This document shows, piece by piece, positions 31,554 through 41,673 of a stretch of DNA of 64,000 nucleotides. Location: the NCBI GenBank assembly GCA_039028615.1, contig JBCCHT010000004.1:64001-128000 (forward strand). The letters are read 5' to 3'. The notes below the pieces were generated by a model. The model was given only the letters and a program-made list of their open reading frames with translations. It had not been told where the DNA came from and did no database searches. A program made the translations under genes and the position numbers. Source of the DNA: Myxococcota bacterium (GTDB lineage Bacteria > Myxococcota_A > Polyangia > Nannocystales > Nannocystaceae). Positions within the stretch are counted from its first letter, which is position 1. Every line of letters begins with the position of its first letter.

Positions 31554-32437
31554 CGCTGACGGAAACCGATCTGCAGGCCTTGGCCCAGGTGGCCGCCGAT
31601 GCGGCGCGGCAGGCCGGCCGCTATATCGCGACCGCGCGCCCCGAGACGGTGATGCACAAGCCCGACATCGGGAGCCCGGCCGCGCAGGTGGTCACGGAGG
31701 TCGATCAGCGCAGCCAAGACATCATCGTCGGGCTTCTGACGCCGACGCTCGCACGCTACGACTTGGCCCTGCTGACCGAGGAGACCCCGGACGACGGAGT
31801 GCGCCACACCAAGGACTACTTCTGGTGCGTCGATCCGCTGGACGGCACCTTGCCCTTCATCGAGGCGACACCGGGCTACTCGGTCTCGATCGCGCTCGTG
31901 GCTCACGATGGCACGCCGCAGATCGGAGCGATCGTCGATCCGGTCACGGGCACCGAGTACCTGGCGATCCGCGGCCAGGGCTCGTTCCGCGACGGACAGC
32001 CGTGGCCCGAGCCCACCGCGCCGCGCGGCGACACGCTTTCGATCTTCGGCGACCGCAGCTTTCGGGACCATCCGCGACGCGACGAGTTCGTCCGCGAGCT
32101 GGAGGCGTTAGGGGCGGAGCTCGGGTATCGGGCGGTGACGGTCCACACCAACAGCGCGGCGGTCATGAACGCTTGCCACGTGCTCGAGCATCCGCCGGCT
32201 TGCTACTTCAAGCTGCGCAAGCCGGAGGCAGGCGGAGGCAGTCTGTGGGACTTTGCCGCGACCGCATGCCTGTTTCACGAAGCGGACGCGCCCGCGACGG
32301 ACATCCACGGCCAGCCACTCGACCTCAACCGAGCCGACGGCACCTTCATGAACCACCGTGGGGTCTGCTACGCCTCGAGCGAAGCGCTGGCGCGGAAGAT
32401 TCAGGCCCTCGCCGCGGGTTCGGCACCGTCAGCGTGA
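31550..32437 (+). CDS. Inositol monophosphatase / CysQ-like phosphatase
   Basis: [30 protein letters not shown] coupling to the phosphotransferase. Confidence 0.88.
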   Translation: MTLTETDLQALAQVAADAARQAGRYIATARPETVMHKPDIGSPAAQVVTEVDQRSQDIIVGLLTPTLARYDLALLTEETPDDGVRHTKDYFWCVDPLDGTLPFIEATPGYSVSIALVAHDGTPQIGAIVDPVTGTEYLAIRGQGSFRDGQPWPEPTAPRGDTLSIFGDRSFRDHPRRDEFVRELEALGAELGYRAVTVHTNSAAVMNACHVLEHPPACYFKLRKPEAGGGSLWDFAATACLFHEADAPATDIHGQPLDLNRADGTFMNHRGVCYASSEALARKIQALAAGSAPSA

Positions 32438-32731
32438 GTCGAGTTCACGCGGTGGCGCGTGTTCGTCGTCGATGCCGCCATCGTCGGCCGAGGCCGCGGG
32501 CGCGGATACGGACGTTACCGATCCGTCATGGAAGAAGCTGCCGGCTTCGACAGAGAGACAAAGGGCCATGGACCCGGCGCATACGAGGGTTACGAGAGAA
32601 GAGAGCATCGTGGGGGTGTCTTTCGCTCTTCACCGTGTCACGGCTCGAGTTCGATCTGACCAGACCGACCCATGACGGTTGTTGACCCGGCCAGCTCACG
32701 CTTTGGATACTCGTGGCGAGCGTGTTTCGCC

Positions 32732-33505
32732 GTGACTGAGGACAGCAGCACACCGCGAGGGCCCCAGGCCAAAGACCGGTTCGGCCACGACCCGACGCTC
32801 ATGAAGGTCGACGCCAAGCTCGCGCATGACCCCACCTTGATGAAGGTCGACGCCAAGCTCGCGCATGACCCCACCTTGATGAAGGTCGACGCCAAGCTTG
32901 CTCATGACCCCACCATGATGGGTGTCGACGCCAAGCTCGCTCACGCCCCCACCATGATGGGTGTCGACGCCAAGCTTGCCCATGACCCCACCTTGATGAA
33001 GGTCGACGCCAAGCTCGCTCACGACCCCACTTTGATGAAGGTCGACTCCAAGCTCGCTCACGACCCCACCATGATGGGCGTCGATGCCAAGCTCGCTCAC
33101 GACCCAACCATGATGCAGCTCGGCACTGCCGCACCGACTCCAGCGACGGGACCGACCGCGACCCCACTACCGACGCTCGCCCCGTCCCCTGTGCCGCCGC
33201 GCAGCACCGCGCCGTCGTCCCGCATCAAGCTCGGACTCGCCGTGGGTGGACTGGCCCTGATCGGCGCCCTCGCTTGGGGCCTCACACGTGAGACCGCGGA
33301 GGACGAACAACCGGCTGCCCCGGCTGCCGCCCCTCCCGTCGACGAGCCGGCCGAGCAGACGCCCGAAGACAAACGGCCCACCGACGACAAACGCCAGGAG
33401 TCCACACAGTCGGACCCGTCCTCCGACTCGTCCGACAAAGGTTCGCGTCGAAGTGGACGGCGTCGCCCCGTAAGGAATGCGATGCGCCGAATGGGCATCC
33501 GATAG
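32732..33505 (+). CDS. Single-pass membrane protein with N-terminal 13-aa tandem repeats
   Basis: HDPT(L/M)M(K/G)VDAKLA repeats, Pro linker, TM segment LGLAVGGLALIGALAWGL; start at 32672 or GTG 32732. Confidence 0.7.
   Translation: MTEDSSTPRGPQAKDRFGHDPTLMKVDAKLAHDPTLMKVDAKLAHDPTLMKVDAKLAHDPTMMGVDAKLAHAPTMMGVDAKLAHDPTLMKVDAKLAHDPTLMKVDSKLAHDPTMMGVDAKLAHDPTMMQLGTAAPTPATGPTATPLPTLAPSPVPPRSTAPSSRIKLGLAVGGLALIGALAWGLTRETAEDEQPAAPAAAPPVDEPAEQTPEDKRPTDDKRQESTQSDPSSDSSDKGSRRSGRRRPVRNAMRRMGIR
32786..33115 (+). repeat. 39-bp coding tandem repeat, 8 full units plus a partial unit
   Basis: Units such as CATGACCCCACCTTGATGAAGGTCGACGCCAAGCTCGCG with mostly synonymous variation. Confidence 0.95.
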
Positions 33506-33672
33506 TTCGGCCCCAGGGCATGCCCAACGGAGCGCGAACCTGCGCCCAGACTTCCTTGACACCCACTCATCGGCCACGTTACGGCTGAAATACCGCGGGA
33601 TTGTTCGACCCTCGGTGGCCCACTACCGGCCTCGTCGTCGGTGGCGGCAGAACTTCGTGACACGAGGATCCC

Positions 33673-36084
33673 ATGCTGACCCTGGAGACGCCCCTGTACG
33701 AGTTCGACGGGATCGTGGTGTTCCGTGACCACGCCCAACCGACGACGTTCCACTACCTGGCCGGCTCCCCGCGCCTCACCGTACGCGACGGCAAGCCGCA
33801 CCTCGCGTTGCTGAAGTATCGCGAGGCCCTCGACGCGAGCCCCACCGCGCCCGCGGTTCGCGATCAGCTCGGCGGCGGCTTCATGACCTTCTCCGTCGAC
33901 TGCGGCGTCGATGCGGAGACCCTCCAGTCCATTCGCGACGAGCTCGCCAAGACCCTCCCCGACGACGCCCGCGACCAGCTCAGCCTCGTGCCCGTGCTGT
34001 ACACCAAGGGCAAGGTCGAGGTCATCGCCCTCGACCGCCAGCAGGGTCTCGCCGACGACCCCGATTCCGATGATGCCGATACCCCGGCCACACGCTTCGT
34101 ACGGGGCGTACTGGGCTCGGCGACCCCCTCGCTGTTCCAGGACCAGCGAGCCGTGTTCTCCATCGCGCTGAGCCCCGATGGCATCGCCTTGCTCGAGCAA
34201 GCCTATCGCGCGGAGCTGTCACCCATCGGGGTGCTCTACGAGCTCGAGTTCAGCGGCCTGCGCCCCGCCCTCAGCGTTCGCGTGCGTGCCGACGCCGAGC
34301 GCATCTACGAACAGTTCAAGACCGGCCTGAACATCGGGATCGACGTCGGCGCGACGGAAACGTCGGGCACGCCCGCTCCGAGTTCAGGCTCCGACTCGAA
34401 CCAACCCGCCCGCAGCGGCGTGGCGCTGGATTTCGAGATCGAAAAGACCATCGAGTCCCTGGTCGAGTCCGGCGCCATCGAGATCGAGGTCGTCCAGCAG
34501 CAAGTCGGCGACGACATCGACAAGCTCGAGGCCGAGGCGATGAAGCTCGTCAAGGAGGACATCCTGAAGGAGTTCTTCTCACCCACGCTCAGCGCCATGC
34601 CCAGCCAGCCGCTGGCCAACGACCAGATGCGAGAGCTGGCGTCGTCCATCTCGGACATCAGCCGCGGCCAGAGCCGAAACCCCACCACGAGGCAGAAGAA
34701 CGGAGTGGAGCTGGGCTTTCAGCTGCGCTACCGCCACAGCGAGGAGCAGAAGGTCATCACCTACGACTACGACGTGGCGGCTCCCGAGACCCGCACCCAC
34801 GCGCCCAACGGCTTCTTCTCCGCGCTCGTCGGCGACACGAACATCGAAGACCACATCCGCGAGGTCGACCTCGCCGACCCCTTCTTCCAGACCCTCGAGG
34901 TCGAGGTCCAGACCACCCCCGAGTTCGAGCGTCTCGCCATCGCGTCCATCGTGGTCGACCTCCAGTACGGGGGCACCGAAGACGCACCGCAGCAGACCGC
35001 GTCGCTGCTCTTTTCTCCCGACGACCCCGAGCCCAAGTTCTTCCGCTCGTTTCGCAACCAAGACGACTTCTCGTATCGCTACCAGGTGAGCTACCGCTTC
35101 GCCCCCAGCGATGACGTGGCCGCTGCGAGCCAGGCGCTCACGACCCCGTGGCAGACGACCACCAGCCGTGCCCTGGTCGTGCACCCGCCCGAGGACATCG
35201 GCCTGATCAGCGTGCTCGTCGAGCCGGCGGTCATCCCCTGGGACCTGGTGCCCAAGGTGGAGGTGAAGCTGTCCTACGAAGATCCGGCCTCCGCGTTCCG
35301 AACCGAGCGCAGCTTCGTGCTCGACCCGACCAGCGACGCCCAGCCCTGGATCGTACGCGTGCCCGAGGGCGCGCCCACCGACTACACGGCGCAGTACACC
35401 TGGCACCTGTCCAACGGCTCGAAGATCGAAGGGGAGCCGCAGACCCAGGGGCATCCGCGCCTGTTCGTGCCCAGTCCCTTCGGCGGCCAGCAGCTGCGAC
35501 TGCGGGTCGTGCCCGCGGTCGACCCGAGCAGCGTGGGTCTGGTGCTCGCCGAGATCGCGCATACCGACCCGGGCACGGGGCTCGAGATCCGCCGCACGCT
35601 GTCGATGTCGCCGCCCTATCGGGCCCAGTGGGTGAAGATTCCGCTCATCGACCCGCAGCACACCGAGGTCACCTGGTCCTACCGCCTGCATCCGACCGGC
35701 GGCGGCACCCCGGCAGAAAAGGGGCCCTTCGTCACCGGGTCGCGCGCGCTGGTCATCACCGAAGGCGACGTCATGCTGCACGACCTCGAGCTCGTGGTCT
35801 CGGGCGACCTGCTCGCCGTCGAGGTCCTCGCGCTCCAGGTCGATCTGCGGGCCGAGCCCCCGGAAGGTCGGCAACCGGAGATCGTGAGCCACTTGTTCGA
35901 GGCCGGCGGCGAGACGAGCACCCGAGTGCGGCTGAACCTGCGCGCCGATCGAGACCCGGTATTCGAGTATCAGACCACCGCCCTCATGATGAACGGCGAT
36001 GCGATCGTGCGCGCCTGGGCCCCGCATGGCGGCCCCGCGCTGGGGCTGGCGGTCGCGACGGTGGTCACGCCCAACGAAGACTGA
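33673..36084 (+). CDS. Uncharacterised paralog-family protein A (803 aa; core domain plus beta-sandwich repeats)
   Basis: GAGGA RBS; FRDH..P..FHYL..PRL, GGGFMTF, PIGVLYELEFSGLRPA, DPFF; closest to 61394..63700. Confidence 0.9.
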   Translation: MLTLETPLYEFDGIVVFRDHAQPTTFHYLAGSPRLTVRDGKPHLALLKYREALDASPTAPAVRDQLGGGFMTFSVDCGVDAETLQSIRDELAKTLPDDARDQLSLVPVLYTKGKVEVIALDRQQGLADDPDSDDADTPATRFVRGVLGSATPSLFQDQRAVFSIALSPDGIALLEQAYRAELSPIGVLYELEFSGLRPALSVRVRADAERIYEQFKTGLNIGIDVGATETSGTPAPSSGSDSNQPARSGVALDFEIEKTIESLVESGAIEIEVVQQQVGDDIDKLEAEAMKLVKEDILKEFFSPTLSAMPSQPLANDQMRELASSISDISRGQSRNPTTRQKNGVELGFQLRYRHSEEQKVITYDYDVAAPETRTHAPNGFFSALVGDTNIEDHIREVDLADPFFQTLEVEVQTTPEFERLAIASIVVDLQYGGTEDAPQQTASLLFSPDDPEPKFFRSFRNQDDFSYRYQVSYRFAPSDDVAAASQALTTPWQTTTSRALVVHPPEDIGLISVLVEPAVIPWDLVPKVEVKLSYEDPASAFRTERSFVLDPTSDAQPWIVRVPEGAPTDYTAQYTWHLSNGSKIEGEPQTQGHPRLFVPSPFGGQQLRLRVVPAVDPSSVGLVLAEIAHTDPGTGLEIRRTLSMSPPYRAQWVKIPLIDPQHTEVTWSYRLHPTGGGTPAEKGPFVTGSRALVITEGDVMLHDLELVVSGDLLAVEVLALQVDLRAEPPEGRQPEIVSHLFEAGGETSTRVRLNLRADRDPVFEYQTTALMMNGDAIVRAWAPHGGPALGLAVATVVTPNED

Positions 36085-36090
36085 GCGGGG

Positions 36091-36678
36091 CTACGGCGGG
36101 TCCGTCGCGCTGACCGTCCAGATCACACGGTCGTCGACGACCTCGACATCGAGCGCTGCCTGTACGCCGTTGAATTCGGACAGCGCGAGGAAGACGGTGC
36201 CGACGCCTCGCAGATAGACGATGTCGTCGCGCATGACTCGGGGCAAGGCCACGCCGACGACGGACACCCGAGCTGGACCCTCGACCTCGACCCCGAGCGT
36301 CCCCGCGTTGCGGATCACGAGCATGTAGCCGCGCGGCACGATGCGCAGGACCGCGACCCCTCTGCCGCCGAAGATCCGCAGCCCCGATTTCACGAAGGCG
36401 GAGAGCAGAGGCTTGTCGACGGCCCGGATGAAGGCTTCCTTGCCCCAAGCCATCATGGCGTCGAAACCGGAGACCGCGACTACGGCACGAGTGAGCTCGA
36501 TGTCGTACTGCAAGGGCACCCAGGTCACCTTGGTGCTCTGCTCGATGCCCTGCAGGACCTCGGGATCGACAGACTCTCTGACCCGCCGCTCGGTCGACTC
36601 TCCCAGATAGCGAAGGTTCTGGAGGTTCTCCCGAACGAACGATGACCGCATCACCGGTGCATCACCGCCACTCGTCAC
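36091..36678 (-). CDS. Hypothetical protein resembling myxobacterial DUF2378/V4R-like proteins
   Basis: TWVPLQYDIEL..AV, WGKEAF, NAGTLGVE, YLRGVG pattern; family call from recalled resemblance only. Confidence 0.5.
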   Translation of the reverse strand: MTSGGDAPVMRSSFVRENLQNLRYLGESTERRVRESVDPEVLQGIEQSTKVTWVPLQYDIELTRAVVAVSGFDAMMAWGKEAFIRAVDKPLLSAFVKSGLRIFGGRGVAVLRIVPRGYMLVIRNAGTLGVEVEGPARVSVVGVALPRVMRDDIVYLRGVGTVFLALSEFNGVQAALDVEVVDDRVIWTVSATDPP

Positions 36679-36808
36679 GCTCCGAAACTATCACCGCGGC
36701 CCCGAACCTCGATGCCTCCGAAACGGGACGATGGCGTTCGGAGGGCCCCACACTCCAACCGCTCACGAGCGATTGCGAACCTCTGGCCTCAAAGGGCCTC
36801 GGGATCGC

Positions 36809-38266
36809 TCACGGCTCGATCAAGTACTCGGCCGCAAAGTCGTAGCCCGACGACGCGCCTTTGTCGGCCACGATCGACCACACCTCGATCGGCGCGGTGG
36901 TTTCCTCGGTCGACGGGTCGTAGTTGAGGCTGCCCGATGCACCGCTGACGTCGATGGCCTGACCCGCGGAGAACAGCTCGACCACGCTCTCCCAGCTGCG
37001 GATTCGAATCTCCACCTCGGTGCCGCCGCTGACCTGACGCAGGCCACGGGCGATGCCGAGGCCGTCGACGCCCCCTTCTTGGGTATGGGCCCACACGGTG
37101 GCGTAGAGCACGAGCCACGCGGCATCGAAGGCATGCGCGGTGAACCCGGACGACGACGCGCTGGCTCCGAACTCGTCGGCGAGCGCAATGGTGAACGCAT
37201 CGAACAAGGGGCCCGAGGCGATGGCCGGGCGAGAGCCGCGGATGTTGTCGAAGAGCACCTCGGAGCTGTCGACGGTCTCGTTGAGCAGGACCTCGTTGAA
37301 CGCGGCGTCGGGCAGGAAGATGCCCTTGGCGTCGTACTCGGTCTCGAGGTTCTCGCTCGCCACCGCCCCGCGCAGGAACGAGACGTAGTCGTCCAGCTCG
37401 GACGAGATGAACACGACTTCCTCCGAGTCGGTCGCCGCCGTGTCGGCGATGGCGTCGAACAGATCGGTGGAGTAGGTCTCGATGGTCGCCGAGGTCCCCC
37501 CGCGCGCGAGGAATTCCTCCTGCAGCAGCGTGGCCAGGCTGTCGCCGTAGCTGCCCTCTTGGGCGATGATGGCCACCGAGGCGACCCCGCGATCGACGAG
37601 GTCGGAGGCGATCACGACACTCTGCAGAGAATCGGGAGGCGCCGTGCGCCACAGCAGGCCGGGGTTTTCGTCGGTGGGCCCTTCCACGTCGAGCGCGGTG
37701 AGGGCCGGGCTCGTGGCGGAAGGCGAGATGACCAGCGTCCCGCTGGGACTGGCGACCTCGAACGCCGCTTGGGTTCGCGACGACCCGCGCGGACCGATGA
37801 TGGCGGGCACGCCCAGATCCTCGGCGAGATAGCTCGTGACCTCGCGCGTCGCCTCGAGGGTGTCGAGGTTGTCCCCCGCGCCGTCGGTGTAGTCGCAGAC
37901 GACCCACGCGTAGTCGAGCTCGAAGGCATCGGACGATCGCACGGTCCGCAACGCGAGCTCCGAGCCCTGCAGGGTATCGAGGTGATCCTCGTAGCTGTAC
38001 AGGCCGCCCAGCAGCACGTGGTTGCGGTAGGACTCCGGTTCCTCGAACAGGTTCTCCGGGTAGGTGCGAGAGCAGCGCGGGTGAGTCTGGACCGCGCTGC
38101 AGTAGCCGTCCGACTGACACGACGAACCCCAGCCGAACGCGAGACGGCAGTCCGAGTCCTGTGAACACGAATCAGAGCCCGATACGGTGAGCGAGCACGC
38201 TGCCGCCAGGCCACCGATGGCGAGCGCGGCGAGTGCGTGAAGGGCGTGGGGTTTGGAACGCGTCAC
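36809..38266 (-). CDS. Branched-chain amino acid-type (class I) substrate-binding lipoprotein with Cys-rich N-terminus
   Basis: LAAACS lipobox, CSQDSDC..C..DGYC, AIIGPRGS, ISPSATSPALT, LWRTAPPDSLQ, GASGSLNYD. Confidence 0.85.
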   Translation of the reverse strand: MTRSKPHALHALAALAIGGLAAACSLTVSGSDSCSQDSDCRLAFGWGSSCQSDGYCSAVQTHPRCSRTYPENLFEEPESYRNHVLLGGLYSYEDHLDTLQGSELALRTVRSSDAFELDYAWVVCDYTDGAGDNLDTLEATREVTSYLAEDLGVPAIIGPRGSSRTQAAFEVASPSGTLVISPSATSPALTALDVEGPTDENPGLLWRTAPPDSLQSVVIASDLVDRGVASVAIIAQEGSYGDSLATLLQEEFLARGGTSATIETYSTDLFDAIADTAATDSEEVVFISSELDDYVSFLRGAVASENLETEYDAKGIFLPDAAFNEVLLNETVDSSEVLFDNIRGSRPAIASGPLFDAFTIALADEFGASASSSGFTAHAFDAAWLVLYATVWAHTQEGGVDGLGIARGLRQVSGGTEVEIRIRSWESVVELFSAGQAIDVSGASGSLNYDPSTEETTAPIEVWSIVADKGASSGYDFAAEYLIEP

Positions 38267-38281
38267 TTTGTCAGTAGCATC

Positions 38282-39169
38282 ATGGTACGCGAACCCGTGG
38301 CATCGAGCGCGCGACATCGGCAAGCCATCTCATCCCGCGGCACGGCGCTCGTGGCCTGCCTCGCGATGCTGTGGCCGACGCTTGCTCGGGGAGCCGGCCG
38401 AACCGCGCCCGAGCCCGCGGCCGAGGCAGCGCCGAGCGCGGAGAGCGACGACATCCAGCGCGCCCGTGAACTGGCGGCCAACGGCAGCGCGCTGTACCGC
38501 GAGGGCTCGTACGCGGCAGCGATCGAGGCGTTCGAGGTCGCCTACGAGCTCGCGAAGGATCCGAACCTGCTCTACAACATCGCTCTGTGCCACGAGAAGG
38601 CGGGCGATCTGCAGGCGGCCGCCGATGCGCTCGACCGCTACCGCGCGGTCGCTCCCGCGTCCGAACGCGCGGCGCTGGTCGAACGTGCAGCGTCACTGCG
38701 CGAGCGGGCGGCCCAGCAAGCCGAGCCGGAACCCGAGCCCGAGCCGCAGCCCGAGCCGGAGCCCGAGCCACAACCCGAGCCCGAGCCCGAGCCACAACCC
38801 GAGCCCGAGCCGCTGTTCAACGGCGTCGCTTGGGGGCTGCTGGGTGTTTCCCTGGCGGGCGTGGCCGTGGGCACCACCCTCGGGGCACTGTCGCTGAGCA
38901 ACAGCGCCGAGGTCGATCGTCAGTGCAGCACGGGCGGCTCGACCCTGTGCCCCACCTCCGTCGCGGCGCCGCTCCGGGCCGCGCGCTGGCAGGCCGGGGT
39001 CGCCGATGCGTCGTTCGCCATCGCGGCCGGCTCGGCCATCGCCCTGGGCGTCGTGCTGGGCATGCGTGCCAAGAAGCGCAAAGCCAACAACGTCGCGATC
39101 ACACCGACGCTGAACGGCCTGGCCGTGCACGGCCGCTTCGGGCGACCTAGCCGTCGAGCTTCTCGGTAA
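38282..39169 (+). CDS. TPR-containing exported protein with PE-rich linker
   Basis: GSALYREGSYAAAIEAFEVAYEL..LLYNIALCHEKAGD TPR pair; two C-terminal hydrophobic segments. Confidence 0.8.
   Translation: MVREPVASSARHRQAISSRGTALVACLAMLWPTLARGAGRTAPEPAAEAAPSAESDDIQRARELAANGSALYREGSYAAAIEAFEVAYELAKDPNLLYNIALCHEKAGDLQAAADALDRYRAVAPASERAALVERAASLRERAAQQAEPEPEPEPQPEPEPEPQPEPEPEPQPEPEPLFNGVAWGLLGVSLAGVAVGTTLGALSLSNSAEVDRQCSTGGSTLCPTSVAAPLRAARWQAGVADASFAIAAGSAIALGVVLGMRAKKRKANNVAITPTLNGLAVHGRFGRPSRRASR
38723..38812 (+). repeat. Coding (EP)n/QP low-complexity repeat
   Basis: GAGCCC/GAGCCG hexamers encoding EPEPEPEPQPEPEPEPQPEPEPEPQPEPEP. Confidence 0.85.
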
Positions 39170-41084
39170 CGGGCACGGGGTGCGCCGCCGATGGCGTGTG
39201 CCCGGAGTCCGACTCGGTGTCGGTCTTCGGTGACTCTTTGCCGGGCCGGGGTCGAGGACGCGGCCGTCGACTCAGTTTTCGCTTGGTGCGTTTGAGTCGC
39301 TTGCTCAGGCCTTCGCAGGTCTTGCCGTCGGACAACGACGGCACCGTCGCCTGCTCGACCACGGGGAGAAACTCGGCATCGAGCCCGGCATCGATCGCGG
39401 TGAGTGCAGTCGAGAACACCGCGCACGGGTCCTCGGCTTGCTGCGCCTGCAGCAGGTCGAGGCCGATGTTGATGCGGTGATCGATGAAGGGCGCCGCGCT
39501 GGGGTTTTTCTCGAGTTCACGCAGCAGAGCGTGGCGCTCGGCGTAGGGCAGCGCTTGCGTGGGCTCGACCGTGTTGATCTTGCCGAGCTTCTCCAACACG
39601 CTGGGTGACGACGTCGGTGTCTCGCCGGGATTCGCCTCGAGGACGGCCGCCTTGGTCTCGGGATCCGCGGGCGCGGGCTCCGGCGGCGGATCGGCGGGCG
39701 GTTGCTTGGCCTCCACCGGGCTGGGCTCGGGCTTGGCCGCCGGAGCCTCGGTCTTCTTCGGCTGCAGTATCCAGCCCAGGGCCGCCACTCCGGCCACCGC
39801 GGCCAATAGCGGCACCACGACCCGGCGCTTTGCCGAACCCGCGACGGGACTCGCCCTCTCGGAAGAACTCCGGTCGCCCGTCCCCGCGGTGGTCTCCGCC
39901 CCTCGAACTCGCGTGGGCGTGGTGAGGGACTCGGTCTCGGTCTCGGTGCCGGTATCGACCGCAGACCCCCGCAGGGAGACGTCGAGGTTGTAGTTGGCCG
40001 GGGGCAGGATGGGCTCGTCCCACGTCTCCCCGCGCTGAGCCCACGCGGACTTCATGGCCTGCAGTCGCTCGCGAGCCTCGCCCGCGCTGGCGATGCGGTC
40101 GTCGAGGTCTCGCGCGCACAGGTCCGCGCACAGGTAGCGCAGCTCGTCGGGGTAGCTGGCGGGCAGCGGAGGAATGTCCCGGGCCGCGCGGACCCGAATC
40201 TGGTCCAGCGCCGTGCGAGCGCGCAGCGGGACCCCTCCGGTCAGCAAGCGGATGAGGATCAGGCCCGCGGAGAACAGGTCGGCGCGGGCGTCGACGGGCA
40301 AGCCCCCGGCCTGCTCGGGGCTCATGTACAGCGGCGTCCCGATGGCCGTGCCCGCCCGGGTCGCGGTGGGACCGGCTCCCGCCGCGTTGATCTTGGCCAC
40401 CCCGAAGTCCGCGACGACCAGGTGATCTTCACCGCTGGAGTCGGCACAAATGAAGATGTTCTCGGGCTTGAGGTCGCGGTGGACCACCTCGTGCTGGTGC
40501 GCGTGCGCGAGGGCATCGAACAGCTCGATGCCGAGCCGCACGACCATGGACGGGGCGATGGCGGGGGGAGGATTCGACTCGCCCCCGGGCAGCACCTCGT
40601 CCGGGCGATCCTGCCAGTCGCCCAGCGTCCGCCCCTCGACGTACTCCATCGCGAGGAACAAGCGGCCTTCGTGCGTCCCACACTCGTGAATGTTCACGAT
40701 GCCGCGGTGACGCAGCCGAGCCATGGCTCGCGCTTCGCGGCGCATGCGCGCCTCGGCCCGGCTCAGGTCCCCTCCCCCGCCGTCGGGGTTGAGGAACTTC
40801 AGCGCGACCTGCCGATCGAGCTCGGGGTCGCGAGCCAGGTACACGACGCCCATGTTCCCGGAGCCGAGCAGGCGCAAGACTTCGTAGCGAGCGATCTGCC
40901 GCGGGAGGGCATCCGCGTCGCGCGGGACGTAATCGGCGAGACTCGAGTCCGAGAGCGTGTGACTCCCGTCGGTATCCGACGTGATGGTCGGCTCGCCGTG
41001 CTCCTCCGGACCCGGAGCCTGTCTCTGGCTGGCCGCCGTCATGGGCGGTGAAGATCCTGGCACAGCCGGGCTCGGCGTGGCCAC
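39147..41084 (-). CDS. Membrane-anchored Ser/Thr protein kinase
   Basis: LGSGNMGVVY, VALK, HRDLKPEN, ADFG, GTPLYMSPEQ, TM segment VVVPLLAAVAGVAALGWIL. Confidence 0.93.
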   Translation of the reverse strand: MATPSPAVPGSSPPMTAASQRQAPGPEEHGEPTITSDTDGSHTLSDSSLADYVPRDADALPRQIARYEVLRLLGSGNMGVVYLARDPELDRQVALKFLNPDGGGGDLSRAEARMRREARAMARLRHRGIVNIHECGTHEGRLFLAMEYVEGRTLGDWQDRPDEVLPGGESNPPPAIAPSMVVRLGIELFDALAHAHQHEVVHRDLKPENIFICADSSGEDHLVVADFGVAKINAAGAGPTATRAGTAIGTPLYMSPEQAGGLPVDARADLFSAGLILIRLLTGGVPLRARTALDQIRVRAARDIPPLPASYPDELRYLCADLCARDLDDRIASAGEARERLQAMKSAWAQRGETWDEPILPPANYNLDVSLRGSAVDTGTETETESLTTPTRVRGAETTAGTGDRSSSERASPVAGSAKRRVVVPLLAAVAGVAALGWILQPKKTEAPAAKPEPSPVEAKQPPADPPPEPAPADPETKAAVLEANPGETPTSSPSVLEKLGKINTVEPTQALPYAERHALLRELEKNPSAAPFIDHRINIGLDLLQAQQAEDPCAVFSTALTAIDAGLDAEFLPVVEQATVPSLSDGKTCEGLSKRLKRTKRKLSRRPRPRPRPGKESPKTDTESDSGHTPSAAHPVPVTEKLDG

Positions 41085-41258
41085 CGGGGATCCGTTCCGA
41101 ATACGACCAATCGACGTGAGCGTCCGGGGCCCCTTCGATGACGGTTTCGGCCACTGTACGTTGAACGGCGCCTACCTGTAGGGGAATCAACTATCCGGCA
41201 TTGTGGGTGAGCGACCGCGAGCGATCACTCGGGGCAGATTGGGGCACGAAACGCGCGC

Positions 41259-41645
41259 TCAAGGTGCGGTCACATCGGCGTCGTTCTTCTCGGCAAACCT
41301 CAGGGTATTGCCGAATGGATCGGCCACATGCATCTCGGTCCAGCCCCACGGCTGTTCGGTCACTCCGGGGCGCGCATGCGCGTACTTCTTGGCCGCCAAC
41401 ATTCGCTGGTAGTCGCGGATCCCGGTCATCGGCAGGAACAGATGAGTGCCCGGAGTGCCGTCGCCAGAGTGTTCGCTGAGGTGGAGTACGCAGTCTTCGC
41501 GGGAGATCTGCATGTACAGCGGGAGGTCGGGCTCGAAGCGATGCTCCCAGTCCACCGAAAAACCCAGGAACGCCAGGTAGAACTCGCGCGCCTTCGCCGG
41601 ATCGAAGATGCGCAGGATGGGGATCGGAGCGTTCAGCGTAGGCAT
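41259..41645 (-). CDS. Glyoxalase/VOC (bleomycin-resistance-like) superfamily protein
   Basis: IPILRIFD..KAREFY..FLGFSVDWEHRF, LHLSEH.GDGTPG, DPFGNTLRF. Confidence 0.9.
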   Translation of the reverse strand: MPTLNAPIPILRIFDPAKAREFYLAFLGFSVDWEHRFEPDLPLYMQISREDCVLHLSEHSGDGTPGTHLFLPMTGIRDYQRMLAAKKYAHARPGVTEQPWGWTEMHVADPFGNTLRFAEKNDADVTAP

Positions 41646-41673
41646 GGAATGGACCCTGGAAGCGACCCAAATG

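Noticed and set aside
32459..32675. Short ORFs between the phosphatase and the repeat protein
   Set aside because: No motifs or convincing codon bias.
32786..33115. 39-bp repeat array as a CRISPR
   Set aside because: Head-to-tail units with no spacers, in frame, with synonymous variation; it is a coding repeat.
33616..33630. GG-N10-GC upstream of paralog A
   Set aside because: The -12 box (CGGC) is poor and expected by chance at this GC content.
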